Shown: positions 51,548 to 60,858 of the stretch, piece after piece
Numbering within the stretch: position 1 is the first letter of the stretch
Layout of the letters: each line of letters starts with the position of its first letter
Origin: Pirellulales bacterium
Lineage (GTDB): Bacteria; Planctomycetota; Planctomycetia; Pirellulales; PALSA-1355
DNA length: 64,000 nucleotides
Direction of reading: 5' to 3'
Assembly (NCBI GenBank): GCA_963733035.1
Contig: CAVTBU010000006.1
Span: 384,001 to 448,000 of the forward strand
Position numbers and translations under genes: made by a program
The notes under the pieces: generated by a model
What the model was told of the DNA's origin: nothing
Database searches by the model: none
What the model saw: the letters and a program-made list of their open reading frames with translations, nothing else

Positions 51548-53796
51548 TGACCTTCCTGCACGTTGCCTTTTTAGGTGGAGCGCTCGCCGTGGCGGTGCCG
51601 ATTGTTCTGCACCTCATCATGCGCAAACAACCCACGCACCTGGAGTTTCCGGCGCTACGGTTCATCCAGCTTCGCGAAAGCGCGAATCGCCGGCAGGTCC
51701 GGTTCCGCCACTGGTTGCTGTTGGCGTTGCGTTGCGCAGTGATCTTACTGCTGGCGTTGGCGCTCGCCCGACCCAGCATTGTGGCATCTACCGGCGTATT
51801 GGGCGATCAGGAATCGCCCGTCGCCGCGGCGCTCGTGTTCGATACGAACCCGCGTATGCAGTATCGCGAACAAAACAAGACTCGCCTGGAGGTGGCCCAG
51901 GAGTCTGGTGTTTGGCTGCTCACGCAGCTGCCGCGCGAAAGCGACGTGTCGGTGGTCGATTCACGCACGGGTACAGCCGTGTTCACCGTTGACGTCGGTG
52001 CCGCCCGGCAGCGGATCGAACGGCTCGACGCGGGCACAATGTCACGACCGCTCGCGCAGTCCATCGAGGCGGCCGTGGAACTGCTGGCGAGCAGCGAAAA
52101 GGAGCGGAAGGAGATTTACGTCTTCAGCGACTTGTCGCAAGCTGCCTGGTCGCCCGACTCCATGCGCGATTTGGCGTCGCGCCTGGCCGAACACAAGACC
52201 CTGGGCGTGTATGTGATCGACGTAGGCGTCGGTCAACCGCAAAACTTTGGCCTGGGTGAGACGACACTCTCCGGCGAAGTGCTCTCGAAAAATGCTCCTC
52301 TATATATCCACTCCGATGTGGTTCATGCCGGTCTCGGCGGTGAGCGTACCGTTGAACTGATATTGCTCGATCCGGCCACCGGCAGCGCCGATATCCGCGG
52401 CCGACAATCGCTTGAGATTGCGGCCGACGGCTCGCAGCGAGCCAGCTTTCAGCTGCGCGGTCTATCGGCCGGTTTGCACCAAGGTTATCTGAAACTTACC
52501 GGCGAAGACGCGCTGCCCGCCGACGATACGCATTGGTTTTCCGTGGAAGTGCGCCCGGCGTGGCGAGTGCTGCTGGCCGCGCCTGATGATGGCCGGCGGC
52601 GGCCGGAAGATTACGGGCTGTTTTTCTCCGAGGCGCTGGCTCCCTATGCAATTCGCGCCAAAGGCGAAGCCGCGTTCGAGTGCGAAGTGGTCGACCTCAA
52701 GCAGTTGGCCGGCGCGTCGCTGTCGGAATACAACGCCGTGTGCCTGGTCGACCCCTCGCCGCTGGAAGCTTCCATCTGGCAAAAACTGCACGCCTATGTC
52801 GCGGCGGGTGGTGGCTTGGGCATCTTCCTAGGCGCCAATGCCATGCCTGTGCAGTCGTTCAATGAACCGGTGGCCCAGGAAGTGCTACCCGGAAAGCTGA
52901 CGCGGCAGTGGCGTAGTGACGGCGACGTGTATTTTGCTCCCGATAACTACCAGCACCCGGTGCTCGGCAAGTTCCAGGGCTTGCAAATCGCGTGGCCGTT
53001 GTTGCCGGTGTTTCGACATTGGCAACTCGAGGAGTTGGCCGACGGCGCAGCCACAATTGCAGTCTATTCCAACAATCAGCCGGCACTCATCGATCGACCC
53101 GTCGGCAAGGGGCGCGTGCTAACGATGACCACGTCGATCTCGGATCAAGCCAGTCGACTCGATCGGCGCGACTATGTTCCCTGGAATTTACTGCCCACGG
53201 GCGATGATAAGTTTCCGTTTTATTTGCTGGCCAACACGATCGCCGACTACCTCGTCGGCAGCGGCGAGCAACATCTGAACTACCCGGCCGGCGGCACGGC
53301 CGTCCTCCGGCTCGACGCGGAGGTGCGACGTCCTATTTACGTGCTAACGACGCCCCGCGGCGATCAGCTTCGTACGCCTCCCAGCGAAAGCCAGGATGCG
53401 GTCGTCGTCACGTCGACCGATGCGCCAGGCAACTATCAACTCGCAGCCGGCGGTGGGGAAGAGCAGGTCAATCTGGGGTTCAGCGTCAATTTGCCGCCCA
53501 CCGTCAGCCAGTTGGCCCGCGCGAGCCAAGACGACCTCAAGGCGGCATTCGGCGACGTGCCGTTTCGCCTGGCTCGCAATCGCCAGGAAATCGATCGCAG
53601 CGTGAGTGCCGGACGCATCGGCCAGGAGTTGTTCCCGTATTTGATTCTGCTGTTGGTGTTAATCTTGGCGGGCGAACAGGTACTTTCGAATCGTTTTTAC
53701 CAGGACTACGACACCGGCAAGCAGCGGTCGCGCGCCGCGCAATTGGCCCATTCGTCGGCGTCTCGCGAAACGCGCGCGGCGGTCAGCTCAAAATGA
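51547..53796 (+). CDS. BatA (N-terminal double-TM) domain / vWA-like membrane protein
   Basis: VPIVLHLI..FPALRF..LLLALR..LALARP. VFSDLS. C-terminal TM helix. Confidence 0.85.
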   Translation: MTFLHVAFLGGALAVAVPIVLHLIMRKQPTHLEFPALRFIQLRESANRRQVRFRHWLLLALRCAVILLLALALARPSIVASTGVLGDQESPVAAALVFDTNPRMQYREQNKTRLEVAQESGVWLLTQLPRESDVSVVDSRTGTAVFTVDVGAARQRIERLDAGTMSRPLAQSIEAAVELLASSEKERKEIYVFSDLSQAAWSPDSMRDLASRLAEHKTLGVYVIDVGVGQPQNFGLGETTLSGEVLSKNAPLYIHSDVVHAGLGGERTVELILLDPATGSADIRGRQSLEIAADGSQRASFQLRGLSAGLHQGYLKLTGEDALPADDTHWFSVEVRPAWRVLLAAPDDGRRRPEDYGLFFSEALAPYAIRAKGEAAFECEVVDLKQLAGASLSEYNAVCLVDPSPLEASIWQKLHAYVAAGGGLGIFLGANAMPVQSFNEPVAQEVLPGKLTRQWRSDGDVYFAPDNYQHPVLGKFQGLQIAWPLLPVFRHWQLEELADGAATIAVYSNNQPALIDRPVGKGRVLTMTTSISDQASRLDRRDYVPWNLLPTGDDKFPFYLLANTIADYLVGSGEQHLNYPAGGTAVLRLDAEVRRPIYVLTTPRGDQLRTPPSESQDAVVVTSTDAPGNYQLAAGGGEEQVNLGFSVNLPPTVSQLARASQDDLKAAFGDVPFRLARNRQEIDRSVSAGRIGQELFPYLILLLVLILAGEQVLSNRFYQDYDTGKQRSRAAQLAHSSASRETRAAVSSK

Positions 53797-56054
53797 CGAG
53801 CGAGTGGTATCTCAATCCGGTCGGCGGATACGGCGTGGCATCCATCACGGCCGTGACGCTCGTCGTACTTCTCACGCTGCTCGGTCTACCGCGTCACCGA
53901 CTCGGACGCCGGCAACGAATCATCCTGTTGTCGCTGCGGTTGGGAGTAATCGCGCTGGCGATGTTCGCCATGTTGCGCCCGTCGTTGGTCTATTCAACCT
54001 CGAAGCCGCGCTCATCGACCTTGGTCGTGCTGGTCGATCGTTCGCGAAGTATGATGATCGGCGATGCGGTGGGTGGGAAGACGCGGTGGGAAATGCTATG
54101 CGCCGCGATCGACGACTCGCTTCCGGCGCTCCGCTCGTTAGCCGAGAACGTCGAAGTCCGCATCTATGCGTTCGATTCTTCGTTGCACGCCGTCGATTTC
54201 GATGGCAAGGAAATCGATTTGGGAGCCGTTCCCAAGGGCGAGCAAACCGCTATCGGGGCGGCGCTTGAAGACGTCTTGCGCCGCGAAGCCGGCAAGCGGC
54301 TGCTCGGCGTGATGCTCTTGAGCGACGGGGCCCAGCGGGCTTACGCCCCCCGCGATATCGCTCCGCAAGGACCCGCGCGGCGGTTGGCCGACCTCGGATT
54401 TCCGCTCTACACGTTTCCATTCGGTCAGGCGCGGGGGCTCGGTCAGACGCGCGACGTGGCCCTTAAGGATCTAGCCGTCAACTCCACGGTCTACGTCAAG
54501 AACGAACTCACGGCTCGGGCTACCGCGCAGGTCGACGGCTTCGGCAATCAGGCGGTGCCCGTGCAACTGCTGTTCGAGGACGCCGATGGCAAGATGCGGT
54601 CGGTTGCCAGTGCCGAACTCAAGAGCATGCAAAGTGGCCAAAGCGTGCCGATCGAACTCGCGACGATTCCGCAAACGTCGGGCGAGTACAAAGTGACGCT
54701 CAAGGTGCCCAACCAGGCCGGCGAACTCGTCACGACGAACAACGAGATGAGCACGTTTGTCACCGTGCTTAAGGGCGGGATCAACGTACTGTATCTCGAA
54801 GGTGCGCTGCGCGTCGATCAAGTGTATCTGCGGCGGTCGCTCGACGCATCGCAGGATATCAAGGTCGATTTCTTGCGTCTCGACCCCCGTGATCCGCAAC
54901 AGCGGCCGGCCGATTTGCTCGAACGCTTTCGGCCTGGTAAGTACGACGTCTATGTGATTGGCGATGTCGATTCCGAGCAACTTACGCAAGAAGAACTCGA
55001 TGCCTTGGCCCAAACCGTTCAGCAGGGGGCGGGACTCGTAATGCTCGGAGGTTTTCACGCCTTCGGTCCTGGCGGATATCAGGAAACTCCGTTGGCCGCG
55101 CTCTTGCCCGTGGAAATGGACGCTCGCGAGCGTCAGCGGTTAGGTGAACCGCTGCGAAGCGACGTGCAACTGCCCGGACCGCTCAAGATCATCCCGACCC
55201 GACCGCTTGGCGAGCGCCACTATCTGATGGGAATTTCGGACGGAGAGCGTGACGCGGCCTGGTCCAAGTTGCCACCGCTCGAAGGGGCGAATCGATTGGG
55301 AAAACCTAAGCCCGGAGCGCAGGTCCTGGCGACCGGCAAGGATCAGCCTCTGTTGGTCGTAGGTGAAGCCGGCGGGCGCGTGATGGCCTTTGCTGGCGAC
55401 ACGACCTGGCGGTGGTGGATGGAAGGCTATGCTCCGCAGCATAAGCGTTTCTGGCGGCAAGTCATTCTATGGCTTGCACGCAAGGACGAACTGACCGATG
55501 GCAACGTGTGGGTCAAGCTCGACGAACGTCGCTTCAACCGTGGCGGCCGGGTGGAATTCACGGCCGGCGCACGTTCGCCACAGGGCGAACCGGTGGGTGA
55601 CGTCAAGTTCAACGCGGAAGTAACGCTTCCTGACGGCGCGAAACAAAAAGTGAACCTTGTGCGACAGGGAGATCACTACGTCGGCAGCTACGACCGCACT
55701 CAGACGCCCGGCGACTACCTGCTCGATCTTGCCGCGAGCGATTTGCAAGGCACGCCGCTTGGCAATGCGAAGGCTCGCTTTCTGGTTTTCGAACAGGACC
55801 TGGAACTCGACAATGCCGTGGCCGATCCAACATTGCTGGCCAGTCTTTCAACCATGACGCAGCCGGTCGGCGGCAAATCGCTGGCGCCCGAGGAGTTGCC
55901 ACAGCTATTGGGCCAGCTAGCCAGTCAGCCGGTGGAGATGGAAGTCGAGACACAGGTCAAGCTCACCCCCTGGGACACTTGGCCATTCTTCCTGCTGTTT
56001 GTCACTACGATCAGCGTCGAATGGTATCTGCGGAAAAAATGGGGATTGGTTTAA
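53793..56054 (+). CDS. vWA + glutamine-amidotransferase-like (DUF1355-like) membrane protein
   Basis: VDRSRSM, LLSDG, GLVMLGGFHAFGPGGYQETPLAALLPV, TWRW, EWYLRKKWGLV. Confidence 0.85.
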   Translation: MTSEWYLNPVGGYGVASITAVTLVVLLTLLGLPRHRLGRRQRIILLSLRLGVIALAMFAMLRPSLVYSTSKPRSSTLVVLVDRSRSMMIGDAVGGKTRWEMLCAAIDDSLPALRSLAENVEVRIYAFDSSLHAVDFDGKEIDLGAVPKGEQTAIGAALEDVLRREAGKRLLGVMLLSDGAQRAYAPRDIAPQGPARRLADLGFPLYTFPFGQARGLGQTRDVALKDLAVNSTVYVKNELTARATAQVDGFGNQAVPVQLLFEDADGKMRSVASAELKSMQSGQSVPIELATIPQTSGEYKVTLKVPNQAGELVTTNNEMSTFVTVLKGGINVLYLEGALRVDQVYLRRSLDASQDIKVDFLRLDPRDPQQRPADLLERFRPGKYDVYVIGDVDSEQLTQEELDALAQTVQQGAGLVMLGGFHAFGPGGYQETPLAALLPVEMDARERQRLGEPLRSDVQLPGPLKIIPTRPLGERHYLMGISDGERDAAWSKLPPLEGANRLGKPKPGAQVLATGKDQPLLVVGEAGGRVMAFAGDTTWRWWMEGYAPQHKRFWRQVILWLARKDELTDGNVWVKLDERRFNRGGRVEFTAGARSPQGEPVGDVKFNAEVTLPDGAKQKVNLVRQGDHYVGSYDRTQTPGDYLLDLAASDLQGTPLGNAKARFLVFEQDLELDNAVADPTLLASLSTMTQPVGGKSLAPEELPQLLGQLASQPVEMEVETQVKLTPWDTWPFFLLFVTTISVEWYLRKKWGLV

Positions 56055-56093
56055 ACCAAAGGGCGCCCTGCGCGGCGGCGCCCCGCCCGTTTG

Positions 56094-56378
56094 TCATTCC
56101 TCAGGATTCGAGGAATCGGTCAGCAATTTCGGTGGCGGCTTAACGATTCGGCGTCGGACGCCTGCCAACATAGCGCGATACACGCGTTCGGTAGCGATGA
56201 TTTCAATAACCGCTTCGAGTTCCGCGGTAAAAATCGTCGAGCGAGTGATCGTGGCTCGATCGCGCTGCTCGGTGCGAGGCGCCTCCACGTAGGGATCCGC
56301 GTCGAACTTGATGAGCGATCCTGGATGCGCTCCCTCGATCTTATTCTTTGCTTGCCGTCTCCGTTTTGATTTTGCCAT
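56094..56378 (-). CDS. Small basic hypothetical protein (94 aa)
   Basis: ATG start MAKSKRRRQAK. Fills an intergenic gap. Extended -10 (TGCTATACT) at about 56504-56512 on the minus strand. Confidence 0.45.
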   Translation of the reverse strand: MAKSKRRRQAKNKIEGAHPGSLIKFDADPYVEAPRTEQRDRATITRSTIFTAELEAVIEIIATERVYRAMLAGVRRRIVKPPPKLLTDSSNPEE

Positions 56379-56555
56379 AGCTGACGAACACCACAGAATG
56401 CAGACGAGGGCGAACGCTTTCCAGCAGCTTTCCGGGGAAAACACCTGTGACCCACCTGGACAACTAGCAAGCCTCCACGGGCGAAATTCGCACACACCGT
56501 CTTAGTATAGCAGCTACGGCTACCGCCGTACGATTCGAAGCTCCCGTCGCGCCTG

Positions 56556-57275
56556 CTACTGTCGGCGATTCCAGTCTTGTTGACCATAGCGCTCCACCAC
56601 GGCGGCGGCTACTTGTTCGCGCGGACAGTCGGTCCGCGCGTCAGGTGCCCCCCAGGCCCCGATTACGGCGCTACGCAGCTCCTCGCCCGATAGCGGAAGG
56701 TTGGTGATGAACTCCCGATGGTCGCGGTCGAGGCGATAGTCGGGTTGTCGAGGCGGCATCTTCAGGTATTGGCTGACGACCTCCAACGGAAAGTCGTACA
56801 ACAGCGTGCCGTGATACAATAGCGCGTTTCGCCGGCAACGGAGGCTGTTGCCGGAGAACTTCTGCGGTCCCAGCGTCAGGTCGCTCGTCCCTTGTCGGCT
56901 CACGCCAGGAAGCAACGGACGCAAACCTCGAACGAGCGTCTCCAACACGAAGCGATGGGTTTCATCGAGCATTCGCAATTCGGGCCGAAGTTGGTAGCTG
57001 AGTACGACCGCATACATCAAGCACCCTGGCCCCGCGACGACCGCGCAACCGCCGCTGGTGCGTCGAAGCACGGGAATGCCGGCCGCATGGCAGGCGTCTT
57101 CATGCACCTCCAACGCGAGCCGCGAATTCCGACCCACAACTACCATCGGTCGAGTGGACTCCCACAACCGCAAACACTCACGCGGCTCGCTGGCTCGCTC
57201 TGCGTCGTCGAGCAGGACCTCGTCCAATGCCAGATTTTCCTCCGGCGTATCGAGCGTCAATTCGAGAAGATCCAT
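56556..57275 (-). CDS. Lipoate-protein ligase A family protein
   Basis: ENLALDE, LRLWE, RRTSGGCAV, KFSGNS, LYHGTLL. Confidence 0.9.
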   Translation of the reverse strand: MDLLELTLDTPEENLALDEVLLDDAERASEPRECLRLWESTRPMVVVGRNSRLALEVHEDACHAAGIPVLRRTSGGCAVVAGPGCLMYAVVLSYQLRPELRMLDETHRFVLETLVRGLRPLLPGVSRQGTSDLTLGPQKFSGNSLRCRRNALLYHGTLLYDFPLEVVSQYLKMPPRQPDYRLDRDHREFITNLPLSGEELRSAVIGAWGAPDARTDCPREQVAAAVVERYGQQDWNRRQ

Positions 57276-57465
57276 GGGTTTCACAAGCAGCGTGGCCCAG
57301 CCCAGGCCGAGCTTCGAGCCGGCCCTACGAGGGCGCCCATCTGTGCATTGAAGCGGTGTTTTGGGAAACGCGTCGCGAAAACGCGGGGCAATTGGCCCAC
57401 GCTTGACGCCCGGCCGCGCCACCCTAAACTTAGGTTATTGCCGATCTTCCGTCCGAGTTCCAGCC

Positions 57466-58490
57466 ATGTCTTCTGACCCCTCTCGCTCGCCGGGCGTCTC
57501 GCCCGACGACGCTTTGCCGCCGGTCGAACCGCCCAGCGCCGGCTTTATCGTGCAACTTTTTGTCGTGCCTGGCGTGATCGTCGTCGTCGTGGTCATGATC
57601 TGGGTGCTGTTCAACTGGCTCGCCCAAAAGGGGAATGACCGGGATGCGTTCGTGCGGGCACTATCGCGCAACAACGAAGCCCGTTGGCAGGCCGCGTTCA
57701 ATTTGGCCAATGCACTGCGGGCGGAGCGCGGCGACACGACCCCCACGCTGAAAACCGACCCCAAACTGGCCCAGGAACTTGCCGACATACTCCACCGGGA
57801 AATCGAGGCGGGCAGCCTGGAGGAGAATCCGCTGACGTTGCGGATTTACCTTTGCCGCGCGCTCGGGGAGTTTCAGGTTCCCGATGGATTGCCCGCTCTG
57901 ATCGAGGCAGCCAAGACAGTGCGCGATGAACCGGAACAAGACGTTCGCCGCGCGGCGCTCGAAGGCATCGCCATGCTTGCCGATAACGTTGGACCGAAGC
58001 AGGAAGCGATTGCCAAGAATTCCAAGCTCGAGGAAGTCTTGCTTGACGCAGCGGCCGATGTCGATCCGCGTACACGCAGCGTGGCTGCGGTTGGCTTGGG
58101 CGTGATTGGCACCCCGGACATGATTGCGAAGCTGCATTTCATGCTCAGCGACGCCAACCCTGATGTGCGCTACAATGCGGCGGCGCGGTTGCGCAAAGGG
58201 GCGATGCGGCGGCTGTACCAGTGCTAGTGGAAATGCTTGACCAGAACGAGACGGCTGGCGTCGACATCGAAAAGGAAGAGAAGATGCGGCCGTTTAAACG
58301 CGCGTTGATTACCATCAACGCACTGCGCGCCGCCGGTCAACTGGCTGACAAGAATGAGGGTGCGGACCTGTCGTCGCTCGAAGAAGCGATCGAAAAATTG
58401 CTTGCCGGAGAAGCTTCGCGCGAGACACGCGTCGAGGCTTTGGCGGCTCAACAGCACTTCGTGAAACGCGGCGCGACAAGCCTCGATTGA
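57466..58490 (+). CDS. Membrane-anchored HEAT-repeat protein, frameshifted near 58195
   Basis: N-terminal TM helix (FIVQLFVVP...). HEAT units (VRRAALEGI, DVRYNAA). C-terminus in ORF 58221..58490. Confidence 0.8.
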
Positions 58491-58943
58491 CCGTCGTTCC
58501 GATCGTGACGGTAATACCGACTGGAAGTCGTTCGGCGCCGCCTCTGGGGCGTCGTGATGTCCGGCGAGCGACGAGTGTCGCGCTTTGCAAGGTGCGTGCC
58601 GGCGGTGCCAGCAGAAATGTATGTTAGACCTTGACGACTGGGTAATATGCAAATCGTAAATTATTGTAAGATAACAGCTTACGGATATCAATCCAAAGTC
58701 ATGGTCGGACGTAAGTCCGCGCCGACTTGAAATTTTTTTTCCGGCCGCAAGTCGTTCTGCGAGCGATACTTTGCGAGAGGATTCGGTGTCGGGGGCCGGG
58801 AAGCAATTTGCTTGCCAGACTTCCGTCCGCCAGATTGTAGGTGTGCCTTGCGTTTTAGTAAGCAATGCGCGCCGTGATCCAAAACTGAAATAAATCGCTT
58901 CGCTTTTCGCACCCTAACAAATGCTCGTCGGCGAGCAGGATGG

Positions 58944-60353
58944 ATGGAAATGGTTCGGGCAATCGCATTCTTAATTCCACTCGTGTCTGCTACGTGCGTC
59001 CTGGCGCAGGATTTCTGCCAGGAGTACCGTTTGGTGTACGAGACGGTTTACGACCAGCAGGAAGTCACCGCCTATCGCATCGAAAACGAAACGGTGTACA
59101 CCGAACAGAAGCAAACGTCGTACCGTCCGGTTTACGAGACCGAGGTGCGCGAACGGCGTTATACCGTTTCTCGCCCGGTGACCGAGACGAGCGAACGCGA
59201 AGATCGCTATAAGGTAATGCGTCCCGTGTGGGAAACGCAGATGCGCGACACGAGCTACGACGTCGTGCGGCAGGTAGCCGAAACGAGTGAGCGTGAAGAG
59301 CGCTACACGGTGCAGCGCCCCGTTTACGAAACGCAGGAGCGTGAAGAGCGCTACACCGTCCAGCGTCCGGTTTGCGAAACTCAAGAGCGCGAAGAAGCTT
59401 ACACGGTGATGGAGCCCGTCACCACCTACACGACGAACTACGTCGACCAGGGGCAGTTTGTCGATCAGGTTGCCGTCACACCCGGTCCCACCCGCACGCG
59501 GCTTCGTTGGCTGCCGAGCACTTGTGCAATTGACCCGCTCACCGGCGCCTCGGTGCCCACCCGCGGTGGATTGGCCTGGGTTCCGGAGCAAGCGCCCGCC
59601 ACGGTGCAGGCCTTCAAGGTCTGGCAGCCGAACGTCGTCGCCCAGCAAGTTCCCCAAACGCAGTACGTGCAGCGGGTCGTGACCCGCAAGGTGCCCGTGC
59701 AGGTGCAAAAAATGGTGGCCGAGGAAGTCGTGCGGAAAGTTCCGGTGCAGGTCTGTCGCATGGTGCAGGAGGAGCAGGTGCGCCGTGTCCCGGTTACTAC
59801 GTATCGTCAGGTGGTCGAACGCGTGCAGCAGCAAACGCCCGTGCAGGTCTGCAAGATGGTCGAAGAAGAAGTCGTGCGAAAAGTGCCCGTCACGACTTGC
59901 CGGATGGTGACCGAAGAACGGGTCGAGCAGATTCCAGTCAAGGTGTGCAAAATGGTGGCCGTCGAACAAACGGTCCGCGTGCCGCACGTCGTCGAGAAAC
60001 GCGTGCCGGTCACTTATGTGCAGCGTGTGCCGCGTGTCGTGGTGATGCGAGTGCCGGTCGATCCGTGTCCGCCGACGCCGTGCTGTGGCGCGTCGGCGAT
60101 GGCGGTTCCTTCGGCAACCGTATCTCCGGCACCAAGCTATGCACCGTCGACTCCCGCCCCGACTGGCACGTTCCAACCGACGCAGCCGAGTCCGTCAGGT
60201 ACGCCGACGCCCGCCACTCCGCGTGGCGATAGCCAGCGGCCGACTGAAGCGGAGGAGCAACCGGAACTCCCAAACGATGCCTTCGAAGGGCCCGTTGATG
60301 AGGAGGCGAAGCCGCAAAACACCACGCCGAGCGACGTGACGAACCAAACCTAG
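58944..60353 (+). CDS. Secreted YTV-repeat planctomycete envelope protein
   Basis: Signal peptide. 16-aa repeats EERYTVQRPVxETxER and VRKVPVxxCxMVxEE. Pro/Thr-rich tail. Confidence 0.85.
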   Translation: MEMVRAIAFLIPLVSATCVLAQDFCQEYRLVYETVYDQQEVTAYRIENETVYTEQKQTSYRPVYETEVRERRYTVSRPVTETSEREDRYKVMRPVWETQMRDTSYDVVRQVAETSEREERYTVQRPVYETQEREERYTVQRPVCETQEREEAYTVMEPVTTYTTNYVDQGQFVDQVAVTPGPTRTRLRWLPSTCAIDPLTGASVPTRGGLAWVPEQAPATVQAFKVWQPNVVAQQVPQTQYVQRVVTRKVPVQVQKMVAEEVVRKVPVQVCRMVQEEQVRRVPVTTYRQVVERVQQQTPVQVCKMVEEEVVRKVPVTTCRMVTEERVEQIPVKVCKMVAVEQTVRVPHVVEKRVPVTYVQRVPRVVVMRVPVDPCPPTPCCGASAMAVPSATVSPAPSYAPSTPAPTGTFQPTQPSPSGTPTPATPRGDSQRPTEAEEQPELPNDAFEGPVDEEAKPQNTTPSDVTNQT

Positions 60354-60384
60354 CTTGTCACGCGATTGGCATGTGAACGGACCA

Positions 60385-60419
60385 GGGCACCGATCGCCGC
60401 CGCGGCCGGTGCCTTTTTC
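60385..60419 (+). terminator. Intrinsic terminator after the YTV gene
   Basis: GGCACCG...CGGTGCC stem followed by TTTTT. Confidence 0.75.
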
Positions 60420-60448
60420 GTGTCAACCGCAAACAATTGGCCCGCGCG

Positions 60449-60670
60449 ATGGCTCCCAGAGAACTGTTCGGAGTCGGAGTCCGATTGACCGGCCTGGTGG
60501 CCGCGGTTGGGGCGCTGCCGGCCTTGCTCGGCATTCCGCTAAATGTCGGTGCCGCGGCTCAGGTTGTGCTCGGCCTGATTCTGATCACCAGAGCCGAGAT
60601 GGTGGTCGACTTGAGCTATGGGACAGACCGAAGGAAAGCACTTGACGACAAAGATGACCACCGATCGTAG
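60449..60670 (+). CDS. Small two-TM hypothetical protein
   Basis: MAPRELFGVGVRLTG... with two hydrophobic segments and a charged tail. Confidence 0.55.
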   Translation: MAPRELFGVGVRLTGLVAAVGALPALLGIPLNVGAAAQVVLGLILITRAEMVVDLSYGTDRRKALDDKDDHRS

Positions 60671-60858
60671 TGCATCCTGCAACCGGGCCGTCCGGTAGCC
60701 GGAGGGTCCATCGCGTTCGCGACCGATTTGACAGTCGCTTGCCCGTTCGTCAGACTGGCCCCTCGCCGTCGTTTGAGACTCCAACTGCTTTGTGTTTCCA
60801 TCGAGATGTGGCCGGCGGGTTGTCCCTCAGACGACGGTTTCGACAAAAGGATTTCGCA

